41,727 nucleotides of DNA from positions 1-41,727 of the IMG/VR virus record IMGVR_UViG_3300049191_000038. One strand, given 5' to 3'. Positions 17,207-23,675 of the stretch are shown here, one piece after another. This stretch comes from a virus. The notes under the pieces were generated by a model. That model ran no database searches. It was given only the letters and a program-made list of their open reading frames with translations, and was not told the origin of the DNA. The translations under genes were made by a program, and so were the position numbers. Each line of letters begins with the position of its first letter. Within the stretch, counting starts at the first letter, position 1.

Positions 17207-17351
17207 ACCAAAGCGAGCAAGATCAATTAGGTTTGATGAAAAGGATCTGGAGCTTGCAAATAAACTTGGCATTGATATATCTGATTTTTGCAGGCAAAAA
17301 CTTAAGTCTGAAATAACTTTAAAACTAATCATGAAAGAAAATAAGAAATGA
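17184..17351 (+). CDS. Small basic protein, ribbon-helix-helix-like (55 aa)
   Basis: Hand translation MTMKSRGKPKRARSIRFDEKDLELANKLGIDISDFCRQKLKSEITLKLIMKENKK. ATGA overlap with the next gene at 17348. Confidence 0.4.
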   Translation: MTMKSRGKPKRARSIRFDEKDLELANKLGIDISDFCRQKLKSEITLKLIMKENKK

Positions 17352-17560
17352 AAAAAGAAATCAAAATAAAGATTAGAAAAAAATTACTAAAATACGCCGA
17401 GATTCATGATGTTGATATCAGCAAAGCATCTGAATTAGGAATTGAAATTGGTGTGCAACTGGCTGTTGATAGGATAAAACAAACAGTAAGTAAGATTGAA
17501 TCTGAATTTCCCTCATTTAAAGAATGGCAAAAGAAACATGGGTTAGATAATTTTAAATAA
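17348..17560 (+). CDS. Hypothetical protein (70 aa)
   Basis: ORF track; coupled to the upstream ORF. Confidence 0.55.
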   Translation: MKKEIKIKIRKKLLKYAEIHDVDISKASELGIEIGVQLAVDRIKQTVSKIESEFPSFKEWQKKHGLDNFK

Positions 17561-17563
17561 AAA

Positions 17564-17600
17564 ACCCGCATAAGGATAGAGTGAGTAAACCTATGCGGGT
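17564..17600 (+). terminator. Stem-loop after the first early gene block
   Basis: ACCCGCATAAGG pairs with CCTATGCGGGT: 11 bp with one bulge and a 14-nt loop. An A-run lies upstream but no T-run downstream, so it is a weak plus-strand terminator. Confidence 0.3.
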
Positions 17601-17708
17601 CAAACGTAAGCTAGTGGACAACCAACTTTTGAAACTAATCTATATGTTTTATTTAAACCTTGCAAGCTTAATTCCTATATCGTAAACGAATAAATATAGG
17701 AGTGAGCT

Positions 17709-18623
17709 ATGATAACTGTTATCCCAAAGTCTAAAGAAGAATGGCTTTCATTAAGATCTAAAAACATAAACTCAACTGAAGTATCGGCGCTTTTTAATTG
17801 CAATCCTTACATGACTCATTATGAATTGTGGCACTTAAAGAAGGGTTTGATCCAAGATTCTTTCAGCGAAAATGAGCGAACAAAATGGGGCACGCGCCTG
17901 CAGGATTCTATTGCTTATGGAGTCGCAGAGGACCGTGGCTGGAAAATCCAAAAAATGGAAGAATATATGTACGATCCTAATTACAGAATAGGATCTAGCT
18001 TTGATTTTTTCATACCTATTTTAAAAGAAACTCTTCAACCAGCATTATTGGAAATTAAAAACGTTGATAGCTTAGCATTTAAAAATGGCTGGATAGTTGA
18101 TGATAATAGCGAGATAGAATCGCCGCTGCATATCGAGTTACAATTGCAACATCAAATGTTTATCGCGGGTTTTAATAAAGCTTATATTGCAGCTTTAGTT
18201 GGGGGCAATACTCCTGTTATATTAGAGCGAGATAGAGATGAAGAAGTTGTTAAAAACATCCTTAAGAAATGTGAAGAGTTTTGGAAGTCAATAGATATGG
18301 GAATACCACCAGAGCCTAACTTTGAAAAAGACTTTGATACGATTAAAGAAGTTTATAAAGTAGCTAAAAAGGCTAAGGCTATTGAAGGCAACAGTAAAAT
18401 AAAAGAACTTGCAGAAGAATACTCAAGACTTAACGAGCGAGCAGCTGAGATAGATAAGAAAAAAGAATCTATTAAAGGTCAGCTTCTTTTATATATGTCA
18501 GACGCTGAATATATTATTGGCGACGGCTTTAAAGTATCAGCCGGATTAGTAAGTAAAAAAGAACATACAGTTAAAAGCTCAGTTTCAAGACAAGTTAAAG
18601 TTAGATTTATGGAGGCAGAATGA
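17709..18623 (+). CDS. YqaJ-type (lambda Exo-like) recombination exonuclease
   Basis: ...LRSKNINSTEVSALFNCNPYMTHYELWHLKKG..., D...EIK catalytic pattern (SFDFF...LLEIKNV), and the C-terminal extension typical of phage-type endonucleases. Confidence 0.8.
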   Translation: MITVIPKSKEEWLSLRSKNINSTEVSALFNCNPYMTHYELWHLKKGLIQDSFSENERTKWGTRLQDSIAYGVAEDRGWKIQKMEEYMYDPNYRIGSSFDFFIPILKETLQPALLEIKNVDSLAFKNGWIVDDNSEIESPLHIELQLQHQMFIAGFNKAYIAALVGGNTPVILERDRDEEVVKNILKKCEEFWKSIDMGIPPEPNFEKDFDTIKEVYKVAKKAKAIEGNSKIKELAEEYSRLNERAAEIDKKKESIKGQLLLYMSDAEYIIGDGFKVSAGLVSKKEHTVKSSVSRQVKVRFMEAE

Positions 18624-19165
18624 TCAACCGTGAAAAATTCTATGCGCAGGTGAGAAAAGATTTTGGCAAGCTCAAGCAGAGTCAAGTGGATGGGTTTGAG
18701 AATATCATTTTCAACTGGGAGTTCGATAGGCCATCTGATGATATTCGTCACTTGGCTTACATGCTAGCAACCACGTGGCACGAAACAGCTCGGACCATGC
18801 AGCCAGTGACTGAGTATGGATCTGCAAAATACTTAAGATCAAAAAAGTATTGGCCTTACATCGGGCGTGGTTATGTCCAGCTAACTTGGGCTGAGAATTA
18901 TAAAAAGATGGGAAAGCTTTTAGAACTACCGCTATATGAAAAGCCAGAGCTTGCCTTAGTTCCTGACCATGCTTGCGAAATTATGTTCGAAGGAATGCTC
19001 ACACGTAAGAGCTTTAAGGGAGACTTCACAGGCCTAGCGCTTGAGAACTTCTTTAACAAAACGAAAGATGACCCAATTGGAGCTCGCAAGATTATCAACG
19101 GCACAGATAAAGCCAAACTGATTGCCGGCTATCACTACAAATTTTTAAAGGCATTGGAGGGGTGA
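18620..19165 (+). CDS. GH19-like (chitinase class I-type) muramidase / endolysin candidate
   Basis: ...LAYMLATTWHETARTMQPVTEYG... and ...YIGRGYVQLTWAENY... match the catalytic Glu region and GRG-x-QLT motif of GH19-type phage endolysins. Confidence 0.7.
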   Translation: MINREKFYAQVRKDFGKLKQSQVDGFENIIFNWEFDRPSDDIRHLAYMLATTWHETARTMQPVTEYGSAKYLRSKKYWPYIGRGYVQLTWAENYKKMGKLLELPLYEKPELALVPDHACEIMFEGMLTRKSFKGDFTGLALENFFNKTKDDPIGARKIINGTDKAKLIAGYHYKFLKALEG

Positions 19166-19299
19166 TGTGTGCGCTTAGAGGCCCGACCTTTGTTGGCAGT
19201 AAATTGTTTTTCTTTACAACCATGAGCATTTTAATCAGCTGTGGAGCGGTCACAATAAGCTTAGCAGTATTTTGTATTTATAAAATTTTAAGTTATTAA
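19165..19299 (+). CDS. Small membrane protein (44 aa), holin-like candidate
   Basis: Hand translation MCALRGPTFVGSKLFFFTTMSILISCGAVTISLAVFCIYKILSY. The ATG shares one base with the muramidase stop (TGATG). Confidence 0.45.
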   Translation: MCALRGPTFVGSKLFFFTTMSILISCGAVTISLAVFCIYKILSY

Positions 19300-19312
19300 C
19301 AAAGGAGCAAAA

Positions 19313-19570
19313 ATGAAATTCGTAAGATCAGGTGATTACTTAGCAGATGTTAGGGCCAAGTCAGATCTCAGCCAAAGACAAGTAGGATCTAAGCTCAAGC
19401 TGCATAGTCAATACGTAAGCAATTGCGAACGCGGCCTATGCTACTTGCCTGCAAAGTATTTCAAGAAGCTGAATAAGATTATGCCAGGCTTTAATATCGC
19501 AAGATACATCGATGCTGTGGCTACTGATACCTACGTAAATACTAAAGCTAAGCTTAAGGGGAAAGCGTGA
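19313..19570 (+). CDS. XRE-family helix-turn-helix protein (85 aa)
   Basis: ...SDLSQRQVGSKLKLHSQYVSNCERG... is a typical HTH_XRE segment. SD AAGGAG upstream. Confidence 0.6.
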   Translation: MKFVRSGDYLADVRAKSDLSQRQVGSKLKLHSQYVSNCERGLCYLPAKYFKKLNKIMPGFNIARYIDAVATDTYVNTKAKLKGKA

Positions 19571-19788
19571 TGAGTAAACCAGAAGTTAGAATCAGAGATT
19601 TCAGATTAGATCCAAGAGGTGTTTTTTTGATAGGCTTTGTTGAAGATCATCCTAGGCTTGGGGAAGGTGAAATTAGATCAAGTAGGATTATGAAGGTGGA
19701 AACTCGAAACACAATTTATGTGCTTCATGAAGATCCTAAAAGCCTTGGTTTTGACATTACTAAGGAAGATACAAAGGCAGTAAAATGA
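19567..19788 (+). CDS. Hypothetical protein (73 aa)
   Basis: ORF track. Start is GTG 19567 or ATG 19570, overlapping the upstream stop. Confidence 0.55.
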   Translation: MMSKPEVRIRDFRLDPRGVFLIGFVEDHPRLGEGEIRSSRIMKVETRNTIYVLHEDPKSLGFDITKEDTKAVK

Positions 19789-19904
19789 AACGCATCACAG
19801 AAATCTCATGGGCCGTAATTAGCTTCAGCATTGCAGTGATGGCGGCGTGCTTTGCGGCTGAAATCTTGTGGCAGTTTATGCGAGCGCTGCCGATTGGGGG
19901 ATGA
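19785..19904 (+). CDS. Membrane peptide (39 aa)
   Basis: MKRITEISWAVISFSIAVMAACFAAEILWQFMRALPIGG. ATGA overlap upstream; the stop abuts the next start. Confidence 0.4.
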   Translation: MKRITEISWAVISFSIAVMAACFAAEILWQFMRALPIGG

Positions 19905-20120
19905 GTGACCACAGACTGGAAGCAATTGTTAGAGAAGCGGCGGGAAGATTTGTCTTCAGAATATGAATATCTAGATGGGTGGGAAAAGCTCGAGACCTTG
20001 CTTTTGCGTGCGATTGAAATTTTAGAGGACACAGTTGATTCAGGATATGACCAAGCTGGACACTGTTATTCGGTGCTCGCAGAAATCAAAGCAGAATTAG
20101 AACTAAACGAGAAGGAGTAG
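19905..20120 (+). CDS. Hypothetical acidic protein (71 aa)
   Basis: ORF track; GTG start directly after the upstream stop. Confidence 0.5.
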   Translation: MTTDWKQLLEKRREDLSSEYEYLDGWEKLETLLLRAIEILEDTVDSGYDQAGHCYSVLAEIKAELELNEKE

Positions 20121-20124
20121 GGTT

Positions 20125-20268
20125 GTGAGAAAATTATTTGTTTATTATATCCCTGACATAGACAATATAAGAATAGCAGAGATTGATTCTCTTACTACTT
20201 ATATTCATTACGACATTCTTCTTTTGGATTATCGACCATGTGATGCAATTTTAATTGGTGAGTTATGA
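20125..20268 (+). CDS. Hypothetical protein (47 aa) ending IGEL
   Basis: GTG start 7 nt after AAGGAG. MRKLFVYYIPDIDNIRIAEIDSLTTYIHYDILLLDYRPCDAILIGEL. ATGA overlap with the next gene. Confidence 0.4.
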   Translation: MRKLFVYYIPDIDNIRIAEIDSLTTYIHYDILLLDYRPCDAILIGEL

Positions 20269-20573
20269 CCCCACTACCTAAACACCTTGAGGAAATGCGG
20301 GATCCCATTGCTTATAGAATAGCAATGCCAATTCTGCGTGACATGGTTAGTAGAACTAAAGCAATGCAAATGTGCAAAGAATCTTTTGAACAAGCAGCAT
20401 CCATCATGCTCAAAGATATGGAAAGCATGGCGAAGGCTTTGGAGTTTTATGAAAGACGCTGCGTGTACCTATCCGCCGAAGACATTGATAGGACAAAAGA
20501 AGTAAATCACGCTGATTATGTAGCCAAAGAAGCACTCAAAAACTACCGGGAAAAATATGAGGTTAAAAAATGA
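20265..20573 (+). CDS. Hypothetical protein (102 aa)
   Basis: ORF track; coupled on both sides. Confidence 0.6.
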   Translation: MTPLPKHLEEMRDPIAYRIAMPILRDMVSRTKAMQMCKESFEQAASIMLKDMESMAKALEFYERRCVYLSAEDIDRTKEVNHADYVAKEALKNYREKYEVKK

Positions 20574-20833
20574 GCGACGCTAAAAAAGCTGCTGAGGAAT
20601 ATTCAAATAATTTTTCTTGTTATGGAGACACTAATCGTTTTATTGAAGACGGTTTCCTCGCAGGAGCCGCATGGCAGGCTGAGCAGGATAAGGCTGAGAT
20701 TGCGAAACTGCGGGAAGCTTTGAAGAAAATTGAAAGCTTAACTATATGGAATAATCAATCGCTAGAACAGGATTTTCATGATGCAAACTCAATCGCAACA
20801 AAAGCGCTTGCTGAGAAAAAGGGGACCGAGTGA
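20570..20833 (+). CDS. Hypothetical protein (87 aa)
   Basis: ORF track; ATGA overlap upstream. Confidence 0.6.
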   Translation: MSDAKKAAEEYSNNFSCYGDTNRFIEDGFLAGAAWQAEQDKAEIAKLREALKKIESLTIWNNQSLEQDFHDANSIATKALAEKKGTE

Positions 20834-20985
20834 TTACTTTAAATTTTTCATGGCTTCTTTGTAGGCTTGGGTTTCATCACTGGATTGAAACCAGAATTAA
20901 TATTCATCAAGGCTCAGATGGAACATATTTTGAAATGTGTGAGCACTGCAGAATTTTAAGAAAATCTAGAAACAACTATTACTAA
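20830..20985 (+). CDS. Hypothetical protein (51 aa)
   Basis: GTGA overlap with the upstream stop. MITLNFSWLLCRLGFHHWIETRINIHQGSDGTYFEMCEHCRILRKSRNNYY. Confidence 0.35.
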   Translation: MITLNFSWLLCRLGFHHWIETRINIHQGSDGTYFEMCEHCRILRKSRNNYY

Positions 20986-20995
20986 AGGAAACCAC

Positions 20996-21274
20996 ATGAG
21001 CCAAAAGCCGCGTGAATTCTTATTCCATAGTGACCTAGCAACTAATCAAACTGGTTATCCTTCAAAGCTTGAAGAAGCCTACGCCAAGCTACAGAAAGAG
21101 CTAGAGGAAAGCAAAGAGCTGTTGAGGGAAGTGGATGACGTTCTAGTTTCCATGCACATAGATGATTTTAATTGGAATCTAGATGAGCTTGAGGTTGAAA
21201 TTGCTCGCGGATGGCACAAGTCAAATAATCAAAAGATTGAAAACCTGATTGCTAAGATTCGGGGGCGGAAGTGA
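20996..21274 (+). CDS. Hypothetical coiled-coil protein (92 aa)
   Basis: ORF track. Confidence 0.6.
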   Translation: MSQKPREFLFHSDLATNQTGYPSKLEEAYAKLQKELEESKELLREVDDVLVSMHIDDFNWNLDELEVEIARGWHKSNNQKIENLIAKIRGRK

Positions 21275-21456
21275 GTAAATTTAAATGGCTGTGGCATGAG
21301 CCAAGCAATGTAATGTGCGTGGCTGACTTGAGCGGTGGAGGACTTCCTTTGATTACTGTATGTGATGATGAGGTTGAGATGATAAATCCATATTATTCTT
21401 ATCCTTACGAGTGGTTATTAGAGCACTACGGCTTTATTGAGATTGGTGAGTTATGA
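21271..21456 (+). CDS. Hypothetical protein (61 aa) ending IGEL
   Basis: ORF track; GTGA overlap upstream. The last 16 nt are identical to the end of the 20125..20268 ORF. Confidence 0.55.
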   Translation: MSKFKWLWHEPSNVMCVADLSGGGLPLITVCDDEVEMINPYYSYPYEWLLEHYGFIEIGEL

Positions 21457-21548
21457 CTTTTTTCTACGAAACCCTCCTCGCCTGCGCCATTCTCTGCACA
21501 CTCTCAAGCTTAATGCGCACGTGGCTGTTGTTTAAAAGGAGACGATAA
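21453..21548 (+). CDS. Membrane peptide (31 aa)
   Basis: MTFFYETLLACAILCTLSSLMRTWLLFKRRR. ATGA overlap upstream and TAATG overlap downstream. Confidence 0.35.
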   Translation: MTFFYETLLACAILCTLSSLMRTWLLFKRRR

Positions 21549-21853
21549 TGTTTACATGCTACAATCACGGCTGGAATCATTTGATAAATCCATGCCCAAT
21601 TTGTCATCCGCCAGGGACGCTTACAACTAGCAGCACTCAGATTGATCTTCATAATATTGCTGGGCGCATCGATGCCGTTTCAGTTTTCAAAGAAGGTACA
21701 AGAGTTGAGAAAATTGCTAGGGCTGTAGCAAAAGGTATGAATAAACTTGGATGGCAGCCAGATGTTCCAGCTTCAACTGGCATCCTTGAATGGGAAGGAA
21801 ATTGCCACGAGTGCATCACGATTGCTGAGATAGTTGATAGAGAATTAAAATAA
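21548..21853 (+). CDS. Hypothetical Cys/His-containing protein (101 aa)
   Basis: ORF track. N-terminal C-x-x-H...C-P-I-C-H cluster. Last gene before a 178-bp ORF-free gap. Confidence 0.55.
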   Translation: MFTCYNHGWNHLINPCPICHPPGTLTTSSTQIDLHNIAGRIDAVSVFKEGTRVEKIARAVAKGMNKLGWQPDVPASTGILEWEGNCHECITIAEIVDRELK

Positions 21854-21857
21854 CCTT

Positions 21858-21961
21858 GCGACTGCTGTGGTGCCGCACCTAATCGCAGAAATGCGGTGAG
21901 CGGGTAATCCCTAATTGTGAAGAGGCAATCTCGTTCGATTCGAGTGGCCACAGTGGATCGC
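21858..21961 (+). ncRNA. Candidate structured RNA or elaborate terminator (multi-branch fold with a T-arm-like hairpin)
   Basis: A 13-bp closing stem (21858..21870 with 21948..21961, one bulge, two G-U pairs) encloses three hairpins. One is a 6-bp hairpin with a GAAA loop (21882..21897), one a short GGG/CCC hairpin, and one is CTCG-TTCGATT-CGAG (21930..21944). TTTT follows. Confidence 0.3.
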
Positions 21962-22031
21962 TTTTAATACTAAAGTCTAGCTGTCAAAACTGGACTATTC
22001 AATAGGCTTAATCAAATAAAAGATTCGAGGT

Positions 22032-23069
22032 GTGAATAAAGATGAATTATTAGATCAGTTTCGCAAGCTTTCATCTGACTTAGGCAGGGCACCAACTCGA
22101 GACGAGTTTCGTAAACATACAAAGACAGAAAAATATAGAGATGAATTTGGCTCATTTAATTCCTTAAAAAACGCAGCTTCAATTGATGAAAAAATTATAA
22201 CAGCACCATCGCTACCAGATGATGACATACCAACAGAAGAAATAATCTCTGGAATGATGAAGCGTTTTGAAAAACGCCATGAGAATCATAAATCAAAAAA
22301 GTGGATGGAATTTAAGGTTGATACAGATCAGCCAATTGGTATTACATTCTTTGGAGATCCGCACATAGACGATGATGGATGTAATTGGCCTTTACTTATG
22401 GAACATATTGAGATTTGCAAAAATACTCCTGGCATGTTTGGTGCAAACATAGGAGACACTCATAACAACTGGGTCGGAAGACTCGCAAAAGAATATGCAA
22501 ATCAAAACACGTCAAGGGGAACTGCTTGGAAACTTATTGAGTGGTTCTTTAAAGAGTCTGGCATTAGATGGATATTAATTCTTCTCGGAAATCATGATGC
22601 TTGGAACTTTGGAGCAGAGACAATGTCTCATATTACTAAAAATATTTGCACAATGGTAGACTGGCGAGCTCAAATAAAGCTTAAGTTTTCTAACGATAGA
22701 GAAGTATTAATTGATGCGGCTCATGATCACTCAGGTCATTCGCAGTGGAATTCTCTTCACGGTCAGCAGAAAGCATCTACCATGGGAGGAGTCGCTCATT
22801 TATATATTGCAGGACATAAGCATAACTGGGCGCTTGCTCAAAATGAATGTCCTCACACTAATAGGATTTATCACTTAGCCAGGGCTAGAGGATATAAACA
22901 CATTGACCATTATGGCGAAAACCTTGGCTTTGGATCTCAACAGCAAGGCTCAAGCATTACTGTTGTAATTGATCCAAAAGCTTCTGATGTTAATTTAATA
23001 AAAGTATTTGCCGACCCCAAAGCTGGATCTGAATATTTAACCTATTTAAGAACTAGAGAAGACGTATGA
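22032..23069 (+). CDS. Calcineurin-like metallophosphoesterase with N-terminal homing-endonuclease-associated-repeat-like segment
   Basis: Motifs GDPHIDDDG, GDTHNNW, GNHDAW and GHKHNW. N-terminus ...ELLDQFRKLSSDLGRAPTRDEFRKH...FGSFNSLKNAA resembles the HNH-associated repeat. GTG start. Confidence 0.75.
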   Translation: MNKDELLDQFRKLSSDLGRAPTRDEFRKHTKTEKYRDEFGSFNSLKNAASIDEKIITAPSLPDDDIPTEEIISGMMKRFEKRHENHKSKKWMEFKVDTDQPIGITFFGDPHIDDDGCNWPLLMEHIEICKNTPGMFGANIGDTHNNWVGRLAKEYANQNTSRGTAWKLIEWFFKESGIRWILILLGNHDAWNFGAETMSHITKNICTMVDWRAQIKLKFSNDREVLIDAAHDHSGHSQWNSLHGQQKASTMGGVAHLYIAGHKHNWALAQNECPHTNRIYHLARARGYKHIDHYGENLGFGSQQQGSSITVVIDPKASDVNLIKVFADPKAGSEYLTYLRTREDV

Positions 23070-23314
23070 ATCTAGAACAGATCATTTGGCACGATGCTTT
23101 TAGCGTAGACGAGTGGACGGATAAGATAGAAGACAAGCCTTGTGTTTGTGAAACCATAGGGTTTGTTGTAAAAGAAAATGATAACGTAATAGCTGTAAGT
23201 CACACCAGGCAGATAGATATTGAAACCTATTGCTGCACTATTATTATCCCTAAGTCTTGTATAGTTTCTCGAACTTCTTTAAAGGCTGTGGCTGATGGAT
23301 CAATTAAAGCCTGA
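23066..23314 (+). CDS. Hypothetical protein (82 aa)
   Basis: ORF track; ATGA overlap upstream. Confidence 0.55.
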   Translation: MNLEQIIWHDAFSVDEWTDKIEDKPCVCETIGFVVKENDNVIAVSHTRQIDIETYCCTIIIPKSCIVSRTSLKAVADGSIKA

Positions 23315-23480
23315 TGGGTTTATTCATATAATACCGGACAATGATTTAATCGAGCATTATGAAAATGAAAGATGTCCATGCAGACCTGAATGGGATAAGA
23401 AAAATAAGCAACAATATCTTAGACATGAAGCTTCGAATAAAGTTATAATCCATAATAGACTGCTGGATAACCCACAGTGA
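23295..23480 (+). CDS. Hypothetical protein (61 aa)
   Basis: ORF track; 20-nt overlap with the upstream gene. Confidence 0.5.
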   Translation: MDQLKPDGFIHIIPDNDLIEHYENERCPCRPEWDKKNKQQYLRHEASNKVIIHNRLLDNPQ

Positions 23481-23491
23481 AAGGATTACAT

Positions 23492-23629
23492 ATGCCTCTT
23501 AAAAAAGGTTACAGCAAAGCAACGGTTTCAGCTAACATTAAAAAAGAAATGGCTAGTGGAAAAAGTCAGAAGCAAGCGGTAGCCATAGCTTTATCTAGTG
23601 CAAAAAAATCAAAGCCGAAAAAGAAATAG
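23492..23629 (+). CDS. Small Lys-rich protein (45 aa)
   Basis: Hand translation MPLKKGYSKATVSANIKKEMASGKSQKQAVAIALSSAKKSKPKKK. AAGGA 6 nt upstream of the ATG. Confidence 0.45.
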   Translation: MPLKKGYSKATVSANIKKEMASGKSQKQAVAIALSSAKKSKPKKK

Positions 23630-23635
23630 TATTAG

Positions 23636-23670
23636 CTCCTGGTTTTTGGTATAAGGCTAGAAACCAGGAG
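23636..23670 (+). promoter_or_regulatory. Perfect 10-bp hairpin sequestering the RecT ribosome-binding site
   Basis: CTCCTGGTTT (23636..23645) pairs with AAACCAGGAG (23661..23670) around a 15-nt loop. The 3' arm contains AGGAG of the GGAGTGAG RBS. Confidence 0.4.
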
Positions 23671-23675
23671 TGAGT

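Noticed and set aside
21649-21951. 100-aa minus-strand ORF covering the structured gap and the end of the 21548..21853 gene
   Set aside because: It is antisense to a coupled plus-strand gene chain. It has no RBS, no neighbouring minus-strand genes and a random-looking composition.
21858-21961. Canonical tRNA gene or tRNA-derived attP core, suggested by the GTTCGATTC T-loop and a 7-bp acceptor-like pairing
   Set aside because: No 5-bp anticodon stem with a 7-nt loop can be drawn. The D-arm would need a 14-16-nt loop. Two extra nucleotides separate the T stem from the acceptor strand, and the T stem has only 4 bp. A 9-mer like the T-loop has a substantial chance of occurring once in about 83 kb of two-strand sequence. 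No integrase exists to use an attP. It is kept only as a generic structured-RNA or terminator candidate.
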